A stretch of DNA of 47,045 nucleotides from Actinomycetota bacterium (GCA_017853685.1 JAFMJD010000001.1:1-47045), one strand, 5' to 3'. Shown: positions 19,097 through 29,632, counted from the first letter of the stretch. Notes: generated by a model not told the origin, from the letters alone. Numbers and translations are program-made.

Positions 19097-19120
19097 CGTG
19101 CCGCCGAGCGTGCCGCCGAG
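19097..19120. repeat. perfect tandem duplication of the 12-mer CGTGCCGCCGAG in the ppm1/pyrR divergent spacer
   Basis: Read directly from the sequence: CGTGCCGCCGAG CGTGCCGCCGAG at 19097-19108 and 19109-19120. Confidence 0.9.
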
Positions 19121-19166
19121 CGATGAGCGCCCCGGGGTTGGCGCGCCGGTGAGCCGGACGACGGTG

Positions 19167-19172
19167 CTACAT
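19167..19172 (+). promoter_or_regulatory. candidate -10 hexamer TACATT for the pyr operon (leadered)
   Basis: This TANNNT lies about 55 nt upstream of the pyrR GTG. It would give a leader containing the hairpin at 19191-19206 and the SD. Confidence 0.3.
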
Positions 19173-19190
19173 TCTGGGGAGCCGTGAAAC

Positions 19191-19206
19191 GGGTCCTGTG
19201 AGGCCC
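19191..19206 (+). promoter_or_regulatory. candidate PyrR-binding RNA hairpin next to the pyrR ribosome-binding site
   Basis: GGGUCC-UGUGA-GGCCC can form a 5-bp stem (GGGUC/GGCCC, including one G-U pair) around a 6-nt CUGUGA loop. It resembles the UCC-AGAGA-GG core of PyrR binding loops. It ends 4 nt before the SD GGAGGAG (19211-19217), and the GTG start is at 19227. Confidence 0.45.
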
Positions 19207-19226
19207 GAACGGAGGAGTACCAAGTC

Positions 19227-19799
19227 GTGAGTCCGAACACATCCGATGCCGCGCCCCCCGACGGGGGCGCTTTTGCTGTGGCAGCGCCCAAGACAGTGCT
19301 GACGGGTGAGGACATCGGTCGAGCACTCCGACGGATGGCTCACGAGATCATCGAGCGCAACCACGGTCTGGACGCAGTGGTTCTGGTGGGAATCCAGCGT
19401 GGCGGGGTCTGGGTCGCCGAGCGCCTCGCAGCCGTGATCGAGGCGATTGAGTCCAAGAAGGTTCCCGTCGGTGTGCTGGATGCAACCTTCCACCGCGACG
19501 ACATCGGTATGCGACCGGTGCAGCATGGATTCGCCAGCCAGATTCCGGTTCCCCTCGACGGTGCCATCGTGGTGCTCGTGGACGATGTGCTCTACACCGG
19601 TCGCACGGTGAGAGCGGCACTCGAGGCGCTCAACGACTACGGGCGTCCCAAGGCAGTGCAGCTTGCCGTCGTGGTGGATCGGGGTCATCGCGAACTTCCG
19701 ATCCGGCCGGACTACGTGGGCAAGAACCTGCCCACCTCCCGCATCGAGAGTGTGCAGGTGACCCCGGAGATGGTCACCATCGTGGGAGGAGCAGGATGA
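19227..19799 (+). CDS. pyrR: bifunctional pyr operon regulator / uracil phosphoribosyltransferase PyrR
   Basis: 190 aa. It has the PRTase motif [19 protein letters not shown] and LVGIQRGG. Confidence 0.95.
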   Translation: MSPNTSDAAPPDGGAFAVAAPKTVLTGEDIGRALRRMAHEIIERNHGLDAVVLVGIQRGGVWVAERLAAVIEAIESKKVPVGVLDATFHRDDIGMRPVQHGFASQIPVPLDGAIVVLVDDVLYTGRTVRAALEALNDYGRPKAVQLAVVVDRGHRELPIRPDYVGKNLPTSRIESVQVTPEMVTIVGGAG

Positions 19800-20746
19800 G
19801 TCACCTGCGTTCCATCGCCGACCTCGATCGCGATCGTGCTCTCGGCTTGCTCTCGCTCGCAGATTCGATGGCCGAGATCAACGCCCGTCCGATTCCGAAG
19901 GTTCCCGCCCTGCGAGGTCGCACGGTGGTGAGCCTGTTCTTCGAGGACTCCACCCGCACCCGACTCTCGTTCGAGACCGCCGCCAAGCGACTGTCGGCCG
20001 ACACGATGAACTTCTCGGTGAGCACATCGAGCGTCAACAAGGGCGAGAGCCTGCGAGACACCATCGAGACCATTACGGCGATGGGAGTGGATGCCTTCGT
20101 AGTGCGCCACAAGTCCACCGGCGTGCCGTGGCAGATCTCGCGCTGGACCGATGCGTCGATCGTCAATGCCGGCGATGGATGGCATCAGCACCCCACACAA
20201 GCACTGCTGGACGCCTTCACGATTCGCAGGCGACTCTCGGTTACCGGCGATTTCGCCGGACTCCACGTGGCCATCGTGGGCGACATCAAGCACTCGCGGG
20301 TCGCCCGCAGTGATGTGCAACTCCTCACGCTGCTCGGAGCCAAGGTCACCTTGGTGGCGCCGGCCTCGCTGTTGCCTCCGAGCCTCGAGGGCTGGGGTGT
20401 CGAGGTCTCGAATTCCCTCGATGCGGTGATCGATCGGATCGACGTGCTGTACCTGCTCCGGATGCAGATGGAGCGTCAGGAACAATCACTCGTGCCATCG
20501 CTCGGTGAGTACAGCGTTCGCTTCGGGCTCACCGAATCTCGGGCGCGACGCCTGCAGTCGCACGCACTGGTGATGCATCCAGGGCCGATGAACCGCGGTG
20601 TCGAGATCGTCGTGGACCCGGCGGAACTCCCGGGTTCGGCCATTCTCGACCAGGTCACCAACGGGGTGTCGGTCCGGATGGCGGTGCTCTTCGACCTGCT
20701 CGGCTCCGGGACCGGGCTCCATGAAACCTCCGGGGGTGCGTTGTGA
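19796..20746 (+). CDS. pyrB: aspartate carbamoyltransferase catalytic subunit
   Basis: 316 aa. It shows [23 protein letters not shown] and [15 protein letters not shown] overlap with pyrR. Confidence 0.96.
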   Translation: MSHLRSIADLDRDRALGLLSLADSMAEINARPIPKVPALRGRTVVSLFFEDSTRTRLSFETAAKRLSADTMNFSVSTSSVNKGESLRDTIETITAMGVDAFVVRHKSTGVPWQISRWTDASIVNAGDGWHQHPTQALLDAFTIRRRLSVTGDFAGLHVAIVGDIKHSRVARSDVQLLTLLGAKVTLVAPASLLPPSLEGWGVEVSNSLDAVIDRIDVLYLLRMQMERQEQSLVPSLGEYSVRFGLTESRARRLQSHALVMHPGPMNRGVEIVVDPAELPGSAILDQVTNGVSVRMAVLFDLLGSGTGLHETSGGAL

Positions 20747-22020
20747 ACGAGATCGTGATCAAGGGCGGAACGGTCATCGACGCCCAGGGTGAGCGTCGCG
20801 TCGATGTCGGCATCGCCGGAGGTGTGGTGAACGAGGTCGGTCCGAACCTCCAGGGGGGCAGAGCACTCGATGCATCTGGCTGCGTGGTGAGCCCCGGGTT
20901 CGTGGATCTGCACGTTCATCTCCGTCAACCCGGCAAGGAAGAGGCAGAGACGGTCGAGACCGGATCGCGGGCGGCGGCACTCGGTGGATTCACCGCCGTC
21001 GTGGCGATGCCCAACACGGATCCGGCGCAGGACTGCGTGGCCGTGGTGGAACAGGTGCGTCGATGGGGTGTCGAAGCCGGTCTGTGCGAGGTCCTTCCCT
21101 CCGGTTGCCTCACCGTGGGTCGCCTCGGTCAACAGATGGCGCCCATCGGTGCACTCGCGGCAGTGGGCGTGCGCATCTTCACCGACGACGGCAACGGTGT
21201 GCAGGATCCGTTGCTGATGCGTCGCATCATGGAGTACTCGCTCGATCTCGATGTGGTGCTCGCCCAGCACTGCGAGGTGGCAGCGCTCACGACCGGAGCG
21301 GTGATGCACGAGGGCTGCTGCTCTTCGCGTCTGGGACTCCCCGGATGGCCGGCGATCGCCGAGGAACTCATGGTGTTCCGGGACATCGAACTCGCGCGGC
21401 TCACGGGCGCGCGAGTACACATCTTGCATCTCAGCACCGCACGCTCGGTGGAACTCGTGCGAGCCGCGAAGGCCGATGGATTGCGCGTCACCGCAGAGGC
21501 TGCGCCCCACCACTTCACGCTGACCGACGAGATGCTCGAGACCTTCGACGCGGTCTACAAGGTGAACCCGCCGCTGCGGACGCCAGCGGACATCGCTGCG
21601 CTCAAGGCTGGACTGCGTGACGGAACGATCGACGCCATTGCCACCGATCATGCGCCGCACACGCCCGCATCCAAGGAGCAGTCGCTCGACGCAGCGCCCC
21701 CCGGCATGCTCGGCCTCCAGACAGCGCTGTCCCTCGCGCTCGGTGAGCTGGATCTCGACCTCGGGCGCGTAGTGGAACTGCTCTCGACGGCCCCGGCGCA
21801 TATCGCCGGCATCGCTGATCGTCATGGTGGTCCGGTTGCAGTGGGCAGGGCCGCCAACCTGACCGTGTTCGACCCCAACGCCACGTGGGTGGTGCACGGG
21901 GCGCACCTTGCCTCTCGGAGTCGCAACACACCGTACGAAGGGCGAACGCTGCGCGGTCGTGTACGCCACACGCTGCTGCACGGAACACCCACCGTGATCG
22001 ATGGCGAGGCACAGCGGTGA
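20743..22020 (+). CDS. pyrC: dihydroorotase
   Basis: 425 aa. It shows VSPGFVDLHVHLRQPG, HILHLST and ATDHAPH. GTGA overlap with pyrB. Confidence 0.95.
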   Translation: MNEIVIKGGTVIDAQGERRVDVGIAGGVVNEVGPNLQGGRALDASGCVVSPGFVDLHVHLRQPGKEEAETVETGSRAAALGGFTAVVAMPNTDPAQDCVAVVEQVRRWGVEAGLCEVLPSGCLTVGRLGQQMAPIGALAAVGVRIFTDDGNGVQDPLLMRRIMEYSLDLDVVLAQHCEVAALTTGAVMHEGCCSSRLGLPGWPAIAEELMVFRDIELARLTGARVHILHLSTARSVELVRAAKADGLRVTAEAAPHHFTLTDEMLETFDAVYKVNPPLRTPADIAALKAGLRDGTIDAIATDHAPHTPASKEQSLDAAPPGMLGLQTALSLALGELDLDLGRVVELLSTAPAHIAGIADRHGGPVAVGRAANLTVFDPNATWVVHGAHLASRSRNTPYEGRTLRGRVRHTLLHGTPTVIDGEAQR

Positions 22021-22075
22021 CGGGTGAGGCAGTGAAGATCAGATTCGGAATCGAGCACAACGGAGCGACCACGCA

Positions 22076-23233
22076 GTGAGTACTGGGATCAGAGAAGGAC
22101 GATTGGTGCTCGCGGATGGCTCCGTCTTCGAAGGTGAGCTCTTCGGCGCCATCCCGGCCGCTGGCGTTGCCAGCGGCGAGGTGGTGTTCAACACGGTGCT
22201 CTCGGGCTACCAAGAGGTGCTCACCGACCCGAGCTACGCCGGTCAGATCGTTACCTTCACCTACCCACACATCGGGAACTACGGGGCGTGCGCAACGGAC
22301 TTCGAGTCGACGCGGCCCTACTGCCGTGGGGTAGTCGTGCGGGATCTGGCGAGGCGCCACAGCAACTACCGAGCCGAATCCTCCCTCGATGCGTTGCTCA
22401 TCCGCTACGGCATCCCGGGGATCGCTGGGGTGGACACCCGTCGTCTCACCCGGGTGATCCGTGATGTCGGCGCACTGCCCGCAGCATTCGGCGATGCCGA
22501 CGAATCGGTGTTGCGTGCCGCCGCGCAGGCCGAGCCGGGAACGAGCGGAGTAGACCTCGTTGCCACGGTCACCACGCCCTCGTCATATGTGGTGGGCGAG
22601 GGACCGCGGCGGATCGTCGCATTCGACTTCGGTATCAAGCACACGATCCTGCGTCACCTCGCACGTCTGGGCACGGTCGAAGTCGTACCCGCCTCCACAT
22701 CCGCTGCAGAGGTGCTCGCCCGTCGACCCGACGGTGTGTTCCTGTCGAACGGTCCGGGTGACCCTGCGATGGTTCCGTACGCGTCGCGGGCCATCGGCGA
22801 CCTGCTGGGTCAGGTGCCGATCTTCGGCATCTGCCTCGGTCACCAGTTGTTGTCGCGTGCGCTCGGCGGCACCACTTTCAAACTTCCCTTCGGCCATCAC
22901 GGCGGTAACCATCCGGTCCGTCACCAAGCGAGCGGACGCATCGAGATCACCAGTCAGAACCACAACTTCTGCGTGGACCCCGCCTCGCTCGAGGGCAAGG
23001 TGGAGGTCACCCACATCAACTTGAACGATGGCACGAACGAGGGCATTCGGGCACTGGGCGCCCCCGCATTCAGCGTGCAGTACCACCCCGAGGCCGGACC
23101 CGGGCCGCACGACGCGGAGTACCTCTTCGCCGAGTTCGACCGCCTGATGGGCGGGTCGGGAGTCTTGCGTAACGAACCGTACGGGTACCACCCAGTTGGA
23201 CTGCCCGCACTCGCATCGGGAGGTTCGCGCTGA
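22076..23233 (+). CDS. carA: carbamoyl-phosphate synthase small (glutaminase) subunit
   Basis: It shows [16 protein letters not shown], the triad-type GICLGHQLL, and QYHPEA. The start is uncertain. The track gives GTG 22076, but GTG 22106 has a better-spaced GAAGGA. Confidence 0.93.
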   Translation: MSTGIREGRLVLADGSVFEGELFGAIPAAGVASGEVVFNTVLSGYQEVLTDPSYAGQIVTFTYPHIGNYGACATDFESTRPYCRGVVVRDLARRHSNYRAESSLDALLIRYGIPGIAGVDTRRLTRVIRDVGALPAAFGDADESVLRAAAQAEPGTSGVDLVATVTTPSSYVVGEGPRRIVAFDFGIKHTILRHLARLGTVEVVPASTSAAEVLARRPDGVFLSNGPGDPAMVPYASRAIGDLLGQVPIFGICLGHQLLSRALGGTTFKLPFGHHGGNHPVRHQASGRIEITSQNHNFCVDPASLEGKVEVTHINLNDGTNEGIRALGAPAFSVQYHPEAGPGPHDAEYLFAEFDRLMGGSGVLRNEPYGYHPVGLPALASGGSR

Positions 23234-26200
23234 TGCCTCGCCGTACGGACATCGAATCGATCCTGATCATCGGCTCCGGACCGATCGTGATCGGTCAGGC
23301 CTGTGAGTTCGACTATTCCGGAACCCAGGCCTGCCGAGTGCTGCGCAGCGAGGGCTATCGAGTGATTCTCGCGAACTCGAATCCGGCAACGATCATGACG
23401 GACCCCGACTTCGCCGATCGCACGTATGTGGAGCCGCTCACGCCTGACTTCCTCGCCAAGATCGTCGAGCGAGAACGGCCCGATGCGGTGCTCGCAACAC
23501 TGGGTGGCCAAACGGGTCTGAACCTCGCGATGGATCTATTCGGCCGTGGCCTCGTCGGAGTGCCGGGAACCCCGGAACTCATCGGCGCCAACGCCGAGGC
23601 GATCGCCACCGCCGAGGACCGCGAGCGCTTCAAGCACGCGATGATCGAGATCGGCCTCGGAGTGCCGAGTTCGGGGATCGCTCACACCCTCGACGAGGCG
23701 AAGGCCGTGCTCGACGAACTGGGTCTTCCGGTGATCGTTCGCCCGGCCTACATCCTCGGCGGACGCGGTACCGGCATCGCCGAGACGTACCAGCAGTTCA
23801 TCGACATCGCGGCCAACGGTCTGGCAGCGAGTCCGATCAGCGAGATCCTGATCGAACGCTCGATCAAGGGCTGGAAGGAATACGAGTTGGAGGTGATGCG
23901 CGACCGCAAGGACAACTGCGTGATCATCTGCTCCATCGAGAACGTCGATCCGATGGGAGTCCACACCGGCGACTCCATCACGGTCGCGCCGGCACAGACC
24001 CTGAGCGACCTCGAGTACCAAGAGATGCGCGACGCCGCCTTCAAGTGCATCCGTCGTGTCGGGGTGGAGACCGGTGGGTCGAATGTGCAGTTCGCCGTTG
24101 ACCCGCGCACCGGTCAGCAGGTGGTGATCGAGATGAACCCGCGGGTGTCTCGCTCGAGCGCGCTCGCCTCCAAGGCCACCGGTTTCCCGATCGCGAAGAT
24201 CGCTGCGAAGCTCGCCGTGGGGTACTCGCTCGACGAGATCCCCAACGACATCACCAAGATGACCCCTGCCAGCTTCGAGCCCACCATCGACTATGTGGTG
24301 ACCAAGGTGCCGCGCTGGGCATTCGAGAAACTGCCCGGCACATCGGGAGTCCTCGGCACCCAGATGCAGAGCGTCGGTGAGGCGATGGCCATCGGCCGCA
24401 CGTTCCCCGAGAGTCTGCAGAAGGCTCTGCGCTCGCTCGAGCAGGGTCGCTTCGGACTGAACTGCGATCCGGCCGAGCGGCAGTTCGACGCCCTGAGCGA
24501 TGACGATCTGCTCGATGCGGTGGGGGTGCCCACCCCCGAGCGGATCTTCCAGATCGGCGAACTGCTCCGCCGTGGTGTGTCGATCGAGCGCATTCATGAG
24601 GCATGTGCGGTGGATCCGTGGTTCCTCGACCAGATGCTCATGATCACCGAAGAGCGCGCGGCGCTCGCCGGGTCGACGCCCGCCACGCTGTCGCCACGTG
24701 ACTGGCGGCGCGCCAAGCGGCTCGGCTTCTCCGATGCGCAGTTGGCCTACCTCTGGAACACGCCGGAGCCCGAGGTCCGCAACCAGCGACTCTCCGCAGG
24801 TGTGGTGCCCACCTACAAGACCGTCGACACCTGCTCGGCCGAGTTCGCGGCGCGCACGCCGTACCACTACTCGACATACGAAGACGAGTCCGAGGTGGCG
24901 CCGTCGTCGAGGCCCAAGGTGATCATCCTCGGCTCGGGTCCCAATCGCATCGGGCAGGGGATCGAGTTCGACTACTGCTGTGTGCATGCATCGTTCGCGC
25001 TGCGTGACGCAGGGTTCGAGACCATCATGGTGAACTGCAACCCCGAGACCGTCTCCACGGACTACGACACCAGTGATCGTCTCTACTTCGAGCCTCTCAC
25101 GCGCGAAGACGTGCTGAATGTGATCGCAGCCGAGACCGAATCGTCGGGAGGCACAGCACCGCGGGTGATCGTGTCCCTCGGCGGCCAGACCCCGCTCAAG
25201 CTCAGCGGTGAGATTCCTGCTGCACTTGTTGCGGGCACATCGTCGGCGTCGATCGACCTGGCCGAGGATCGGGCGAAGTGGAACGAACTGTGCGAGCAAT
25301 TGCTGATCCCTCAGCCGCCCGGTGGTACCGCAGTGGACCTTGCTCAGGCCCGCACCATCACGGCTCGCATCGGCTTCCCGGTGCTGGTGCGTCCGAGTTA
25401 CGTGCTCGGTGGTCGTGCCATGCAGATCGTCGAGGACGATGCAGCGCTCGAGCGCGCCATGGCCGAACTGAGCGGCTTCGGCAGCCTCGGGCGCGAAGGC
25501 GGGTTGTCGGCCGAGCGGCCCGTACTCATCGACCGCTTCCTCGATGACGCCACCGAAGTGGATGTGGACGCGATCCGTGACCACACCGGTGAGGTACTCA
25601 TCGGCGGAGTGATGGAGCACGTCGAAGCGGCGGGCGTCCACTCGGGCGACTCGGCCTGCGCGATCCCGCCCCAGACGCTGCCGGCGTGGGTGGTGGACGT
25701 GATCTCGAGTTATGCCGAAGCGATCGCGAGCGCGCTCGACGTACGCGGTCTCATCAACGTGCAGTTCGCTGTACAGGGCACGTCGGTCTATGTGATCGAG
25801 GCGAACCCGAGAGCAAGCCGCACGGTGCCCTTTGTGGCCAAGGCCACGGGTGTACCGCTGGCCAAGGTGGCTACCCGGGTAATGCTCGGCGCAACACTTG
25901 CTGAGCTGCGCACCGAAGGTCTGCTGAACGAACCCACACGTGGCGGTCACGTGTCGGTGAAAGAAGCGGTGCTTCCCTTCAATCGATTCCCCGAGGTGGA
26001 TACTGCGCTCGGTCCGGAGATGCGTTCCACCGGCGAGGTGATGGGTATCGACTCCACATTCGGTCGGGCCTTCTTCAAAGCCGAGACGGCCGCCGGCACC
26101 ACGCTGCCGTCCGACGGCATGATCTTCCTGTCGCTGAACGACGCCGACAAACCAGCCGGCATCTCGCTCGCAAAGCGCTTCCGCGCGCTGGGCCTGCGCA

Positions 26201-26526
26201 TTGCGGCTACCTACGGCACCGCCGACTATCTCGAGCGCTTCGGTGTACGCGTGGACCAGCGTGTTGCGAAGATCGCTGGCCATCGAAAGGGTGATGACCC
26301 CACCGCGGTGGACCTCATCGAGGCAGGCGAAGTGACCTTTGTGGTGAACACACCGCGTGGGAGCGGGCCGCGCAGCGACGGTCAACAGATCCGTATCGCT
26401 GCGAACGTGAATCGCGTGAGCTCGGTGACCACCGTGGATGCAGCACTGGCTGCAGTTCAAGGCCTCGCCGAGGTTGCCGAACGGGCCACCACGGTGCGCA
26501 GTCTGCAGGAGTTCCACGGCCGATGA
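23233..26526 (+). CDS. carB: carbamoyl-phosphate synthase large subunit
   Basis: 1097 aa. It has duplicated ATP-grasp halves ([18 protein letters not shown] and [18 protein letters not shown]) and a C-terminal MGS-like domain. Its ATG shares one nt with the carA TGA. Confidence 0.98.
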   Translation: MPRRTDIESILIIGSGPIVIGQACEFDYSGTQACRVLRSEGYRVILANSNPATIMTDPDFADRTYVEPLTPDFLAKIVERERPDAVLATLGGQTGLNLAMDLFGRGLVGVPGTPELIGANAEAIATAEDRERFKHAMIEIGLGVPSSGIAHTLDEAKAVLDELGLPVIVRPAYILGGRGTGIAETYQQFIDIAANGLAASPISEILIERSIKGWKEYELEVMRDRKDNCVIICSIENVDPMGVHTGDSITVAPAQTLSDLEYQEMRDAAFKCIRRVGVETGGSNVQFAVDPRTGQQVVIEMNPRVSRSSALASKATGFPIAKIAAKLAVGYSLDEIPNDITKMTPASFEPTIDYVVTKVPRWAFEKLPGTSGVLGTQMQSVGEAMAIGRTFPESLQKALRSLEQGRFGLNCDPAERQFDALSDDDLLDAVGVPTPERIFQIGELLRRGVSIERIHEACAVDPWFLDQMLMITEERAALAGSTPATLSPRDWRRAKRLGFSDAQLAYLWNTPEPEVRNQRLSAGVVPTYKTVDTCSAEFAARTPYHYSTYEDESEVAPSSRPKVIILGSGPNRIGQGIEFDYCCVHASFALRDAGFETIMVNCNPETVSTDYDTSDRLYFEPLTREDVLNVIAAETESSGGTAPRVIVSLGGQTPLKLSGEIPAALVAGTSSASIDLAEDRAKWNELCEQLLIPQPPGGTAVDLAQARTITARIGFPVLVRPSYVLGGRAMQIVEDDAALERAMAELSGFGSLGREGGLSAERPVLIDRFLDDATEVDVDAIRDHTGEVLIGGVMEHVEAAGVHSGDSACAIPPQTLPAWVVDVISSYAEAIASALDVRGLINVQFAVQGTSVYVIEANPRASRTVPFVAKATGVPLAKVATRVMLGATLAELRTEGLLNEPTRGGHVSVKEAVLPFNRFPEVDTALGPEMRSTGEVMGIDSTFGRAFFKAETAAGTTLPSDGMIFLSLNDADKPAGISLAKRFRALGLRIAATYGTADYLERFGVRVDQRVAKIAGHRKGDDPTAVDLIEAGEVTFVVNTPRGSGPRSDGQQIRIAANVNRVSSVTTVDAALAAVQGLAEVAERATTVRSLQEFHGR

Positions 26527-27491
26527 CCACCGCAAGCGGTCAGCCTGCCTCCGGTCAGTCGTCGCGTCCATCGACGCAGACGATGATCGGCTCGGTGTCG
26601 CTGCCGAATCCGGTGCTCACGGCGTCCGGTACCGCGGGTCATGGCGCGGAACTTGCCGAGTATTTCGACCTGTCGCTGCTCGGCGCCCACGTGGTGAAAT
26701 CGCTTGCCGCATACGAGTGGGCGGGAAATCCGTCGCCCCGAGTGCATCCGGTGTCGGCGGGGATGCTGAACGCGGTTGGTCTGCAGGGGCCGGGAGTTTC
26801 GGCCTGGCGACGTGACGATCTTCGTGCGCTCGTGGACAGCGGAGCGCGCGTCGTGGTGAGTCTCTGGGGACGTCGGGTGTCGGAGTACGCGGAGGCTGCG
26901 GCACTCCTCGAAGGCGTAGACCCGGCAGTCGTTGCGGTCGAGGTCAACCTCTCGTGTCCGAATCTGGAGGGCCGCGCAGGGATCTTTGCCCACGATGCAG
27001 CGTTGAGCGCCGAGATCGTGCGTGAGGTGCGTGCATGTGGGCTTCCGTGCTGGGCCAAGTTGTCGCCCAACACCGATCGCTTGGTGGAAGTCGCCGGCGC
27101 GGTCGCCGACGCAGGCGCGTCGGCAGTGACACTCGTGAACACGGTGCTGGGCATGGTGGTGGACACCCGCACGGGCCGGGCGGCGCTGGGCAACGGCGGG
27201 GGAGGGCTGTCGGGGCCGGCGATCCACCCCGTGGCCGTGCGTGCCGTGCACGATGTGCGCGCTGCGCACCCGGATCTCCCGATCATCGGCGTGGGAGGGG
27301 TGACCGACGGCGCCTCGGCGATCGAGTTGCTCATGGCAGGGGCTCAGGCAGTACAGGTCGGTACGGCGACCTTCGCCGACCCACGCGCAGCACTGCTCGT
27401 GCTCGAGGACCTCGTGCGCTGGATGACAGATGAAGGCGTTGCGAATCTCGGTGAGATCATCGGGGTCGCCCATCGTGGAGGTCGGCGATGA
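26523..27491 (+). CDS. pyrD: dihydroorotate dehydrogenase, class 1 type (Cys catalytic base)
   Basis: 322 aa. It shows [13 protein letters not shown], the active-site VNLSCPN (Cys is the class 1 base) and [10 protein letters not shown]. It has no N-terminal membrane helix. ATGA overlap with carB. Confidence 0.9.
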   Translation: MTTASGQPASGQSSRPSTQTMIGSVSLPNPVLTASGTAGHGAELAEYFDLSLLGAHVVKSLAAYEWAGNPSPRVHPVSAGMLNAVGLQGPGVSAWRRDDLRALVDSGARVVVSLWGRRVSEYAEAAALLEGVDPAVVAVEVNLSCPNLEGRAGIFAHDAALSAEIVREVRACGLPCWAKLSPNTDRLVEVAGAVADAGASAVTLVNTVLGMVVDTRTGRAALGNGGGGLSGPAIHPVAVRAVHDVRAAHPDLPIIGVGGVTDGASAIELLMAGAQAVQVGTATFADPRAALLVLEDLVRWMTDEGVANLGEIIGVAHRGGRR

Positions 27492-28303
27492 CACCGAAGA
27501 ACATCACGACACTGCTCGAGGCGTCGTGGGCGGCGTCGGATTCGCTGCTGTGTGTAGGCCTCGATCCCGAACCCGCTCGCTTTCCCGGCAGGTACTCGGG
27601 TGACAGTGGTTCGGTGTTCGAGTTCTGCCGGGACATCGTCGATGCCACCCATGACCTGGTGTGCGCCTTCAAGCCCCAGATCGCCTATTTCGCCGCAGTA
27701 GGCGCCGAGGGTGCTCTCGAGCGCTTGATCGCACACATCCGCGCTGTGGCGCCGCACGTGCCGCTCATCCTCGATGCCAAGCGCGGCGACATCGGGCCCA
27801 CTGCCGTGCAGTACGCACGCGAGGCCTTCGATCGCTATGGAGCCGATGCGGTCACCGTGAATCCGTATCTCGGGTACGACACGGTGGAACCCTTCGTCGA
27901 GCGGGGGAGTGTGTTCGTGCTCTGTCGGACCTCGAACCCGGGCAGTGGCGACCTGCAATCGCTCGATGTCGGCGGAGAACCCCTGTACCGCCGGGTGGCG
28001 CGTGACCTTGCGCAGCGCTTCGGTCAATCGGGTCGCGTGGGACTCGTGGTAGGTGCCACCTATCCGGCCGAACTTGCAGTGGTTCGTGAAGCCGTGGGCA
28101 CCATGCCGCTCCTCGTTCCCGGCATCGGGGCACAGGGCGGCGATGCTGCCTCACTCGCTCCGGCGCTCACACCGAGCGGTGGTGTCGTGGTGAACTCGTC
28201 GAGAGCGGTGCTGTACGCATCCGATGGCGCCGATTTCGCCGACGCCAGCCGCCGTGTTGCCCTCGAGACCCGGGATACCCTTCGAGCAGTTCGGGCCGCC
28301 TGA
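27488..28303 (+). CDS. pyrF: orotidine-5'-phosphate decarboxylase (long, type 2 form)
   Basis: 271 aa. It shows LCVGLDP, ILDAKRGDIG and AVTVNPYLG. ATGA overlap with pyrD. Confidence 0.93.
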   Translation: MTPKNITTLLEASWAASDSLLCVGLDPEPARFPGRYSGDSGSVFEFCRDIVDATHDLVCAFKPQIAYFAAVGAEGALERLIAHIRAVAPHVPLILDAKRGDIGPTAVQYAREAFDRYGADAVTVNPYLGYDTVEPFVERGSVFVLCRTSNPGSGDLQSLDVGGEPLYRRVARDLAQRFGQSGRVGLVVGATYPAELAVVREAVGTMPLLVPGIGAQGGDAASLAPALTPSGGVVVNSSRAVLYASDGADFADASRRVALETRDTLRAVRAA

Positions 28304-28362
28304 CCGGGTGATTTTCGACACGGTGTGGTGAACAGTGCCGACTCTCGGCCCCCACAGGCCGG

Positions 28363-28368
28363 TACGGT
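28363..28368 (+). promoter_or_regulatory. candidate -10 hexamer TACGGT, 7 nt upstream of the mihF ATG
   Basis: TACGGT-agagcca-ATG(28376). Confidence 0.4.
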
Positions 28369-28375
28369 AGAGCCA

Positions 28376-28690
28376 ATGGCTACTCCCCCCATCCTCGATC
28401 CCGCCCAGCGTGCTGCCGCCCTTGCGAAGGCCGCCGAGGCGCGTGCCGCCCGAGCCGCACTCAAGAACCGCCTGAAGATGGGGTCGCTCACGCTCCGTCA
28501 GGCACTCGAGTCCGCTGACAACGATCCGGTGGTGGGCAAGCTCAAGGTGCTCGCCCTGCTCGAGTCGCTGCCCGGCCTCGGCAAGGTGAAGGCCCGCCGC
28601 ATCATGGAAGAGATCGGCATCGCGGATTCGCGCCGAGTCCAGGGCTTGGGTGCTCAGCAGCGTCAGGCGCTGCTCGAGAAGCTCGGCTGA
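28376..28690 (+). CDS. mihF: integration host factor, actinobacterial type (MihF)
   Basis: 104 aa from ATG 28376. It shows AALAKAAEARAARAALK and LLESLPGLGKVKARRIMEEIGI (HhH-like). The position before gmk-rpoZ matches actinobacterial synteny. Confidence 0.88.
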   Translation: MATPPILDPAQRAAALAKAAEARAARAALKNRLKMGSLTLRQALESADNDPVVGKLKVLALLESLPGLGKVKARRIMEEIGIADSRRVQGLGAQQRQALLEKLG

Positions 28691-28699
28691 CCCGCCGCC

Positions 28700-29263
28700 G
28701 TGCGGGCGCCACTGGTCATCATCGTCTCGGGTCCCGGGGGCGTCGGGAAGGGCACGATTGTGTCCGCCCTCGTCCGTCGTGATCCGCAGTTGTGGCTGTC
28801 GCGTTCATGGACCACACGCGAACAGCGTGAGGGTGAGCCCGACGACGCCTACGTCTTCACCACCCGTGCCGAGTTCGAACGGCATCGGGACGTCGGGGGC
28901 TTTCTCGAGTTCACGGACTTTCTCGGCAACTACTACGGCACTCCGTTGCCCGAGCCGCCTCCGGGGCGCGATGTGGTCCTCGAGATCGAACTGCAGGGAG
29001 CCAAGCAGGTGCGTGAACGCAACCCCGAGGCCCTGCTGATCTTCGTGCTGCCCCCGAGCCGCCAGGAGCAGCAGCAACGCCTCGCCGGCCGGGGCGACGC
29101 CCCCGACAAGGTGCTCCAGCGCCTCCGAAAGGCCGAAGAAGAAGAGCCCGAGGGCCGTGAACTGGCCGACCACGTGGTGGTGAACGATGACCTCGAGCGC
29201 ACGATCGGTGAGATGGCGGGCATCATCGAGCGCGAGCGTCTCGCCAGGGGCTCGGGCCGCTAG
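28700..29263 (+). CDS. gmk: guanylate kinase
   Basis: 187 aa. It has the P-loop VSGPGGVGKGT, then SWTTREQREGE and NYYGT. Confidence 0.94.
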   Translation: MRAPLVIIVSGPGGVGKGTIVSALVRRDPQLWLSRSWTTREQREGEPDDAYVFTTRAEFERHRDVGGFLEFTDFLGNYYGTPLPEPPPGRDVVLEIELQGAKQVRERNPEALLIFVLPPSRQEQQQRLAGRGDAPDKVLQRLRKAEEEEPEGRELADHVVVNDDLERTIGEMAGIIERERLARGSGR

Positions 29264-29266
29264 AAT
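29261..29266 (+). promoter_or_regulatory. candidate -10 hexamer TAGAAT overlapping the gmk stop codon (for rpoZ, leadered)
   Basis: The hexamer TAGAAT ends 29 nt (29267-29295) before the rpoZ ATG at 29296. An SD-like GAGG lies at 29287-29290. Confidence 0.3.
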
Positions 29267-29295
29267 TCGACGACCCCGCAACTCTCGAGGTTTCC

Positions 29296-29625
29296 ATGGC
29301 ACGTGTACATGATTCGATGGTCAACCCGCCGATCGAGGACCTCCTCGACTGCGTCGACTCGAAGTTCAGCCTCGTCACGCTGGCAGCCCGTCGGGCCCGG
29401 CAGTTGAACTCCTACTACAGCCACCTCGGCGACGGCCTCGGCACGCTCGTGCCCCCGCAGGTTCCGTCCTTGGGCAAGCCGCTCTCCACGGCGTTCGAGG
29501 AGATTGCTGCGCACAAGATCCGCTCACAGGCCGTGCAGGCCCCGGCTGCCGAGGACTCCGACTCGGAGTCGGCAGATGCGTCGTCCGACGCTGCCGAGGC
29601 GGGCGGCGCCGAGACCCCGGCCTGA
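29296..29625 (+). CDS. rpoZ: DNA-directed RNA polymerase subunit omega
   Basis: 109 aa. It shows PPIEDLLDCVDSKFSLVTLAARRARQL and has an acidic C-terminal tail. Confidence 0.92.
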   Translation: MARVHDSMVNPPIEDLLDCVDSKFSLVTLAARRARQLNSYYSHLGDGLGTLVPPQVPSLGKPLSTAFEEIAAHKIRSQAVQAPAAEDSDSESADASSDAAEAGGAETPA

Positions 29626-29632
29626 TCCCACG

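Noticed and set aside
23536-26571. A 1011-aa open frame antisense to carB.
   Set aside because: It lies entirely opposite a canonical, motif-rich carB frame. Its translation is R/G/H/D-rich with no recognisable domain. Long stop-free antisense frames are an expected artefact of high-GC3 codon usage, because the reverse complements of stop codons (TTA, CTA, TCA) are rare codons.
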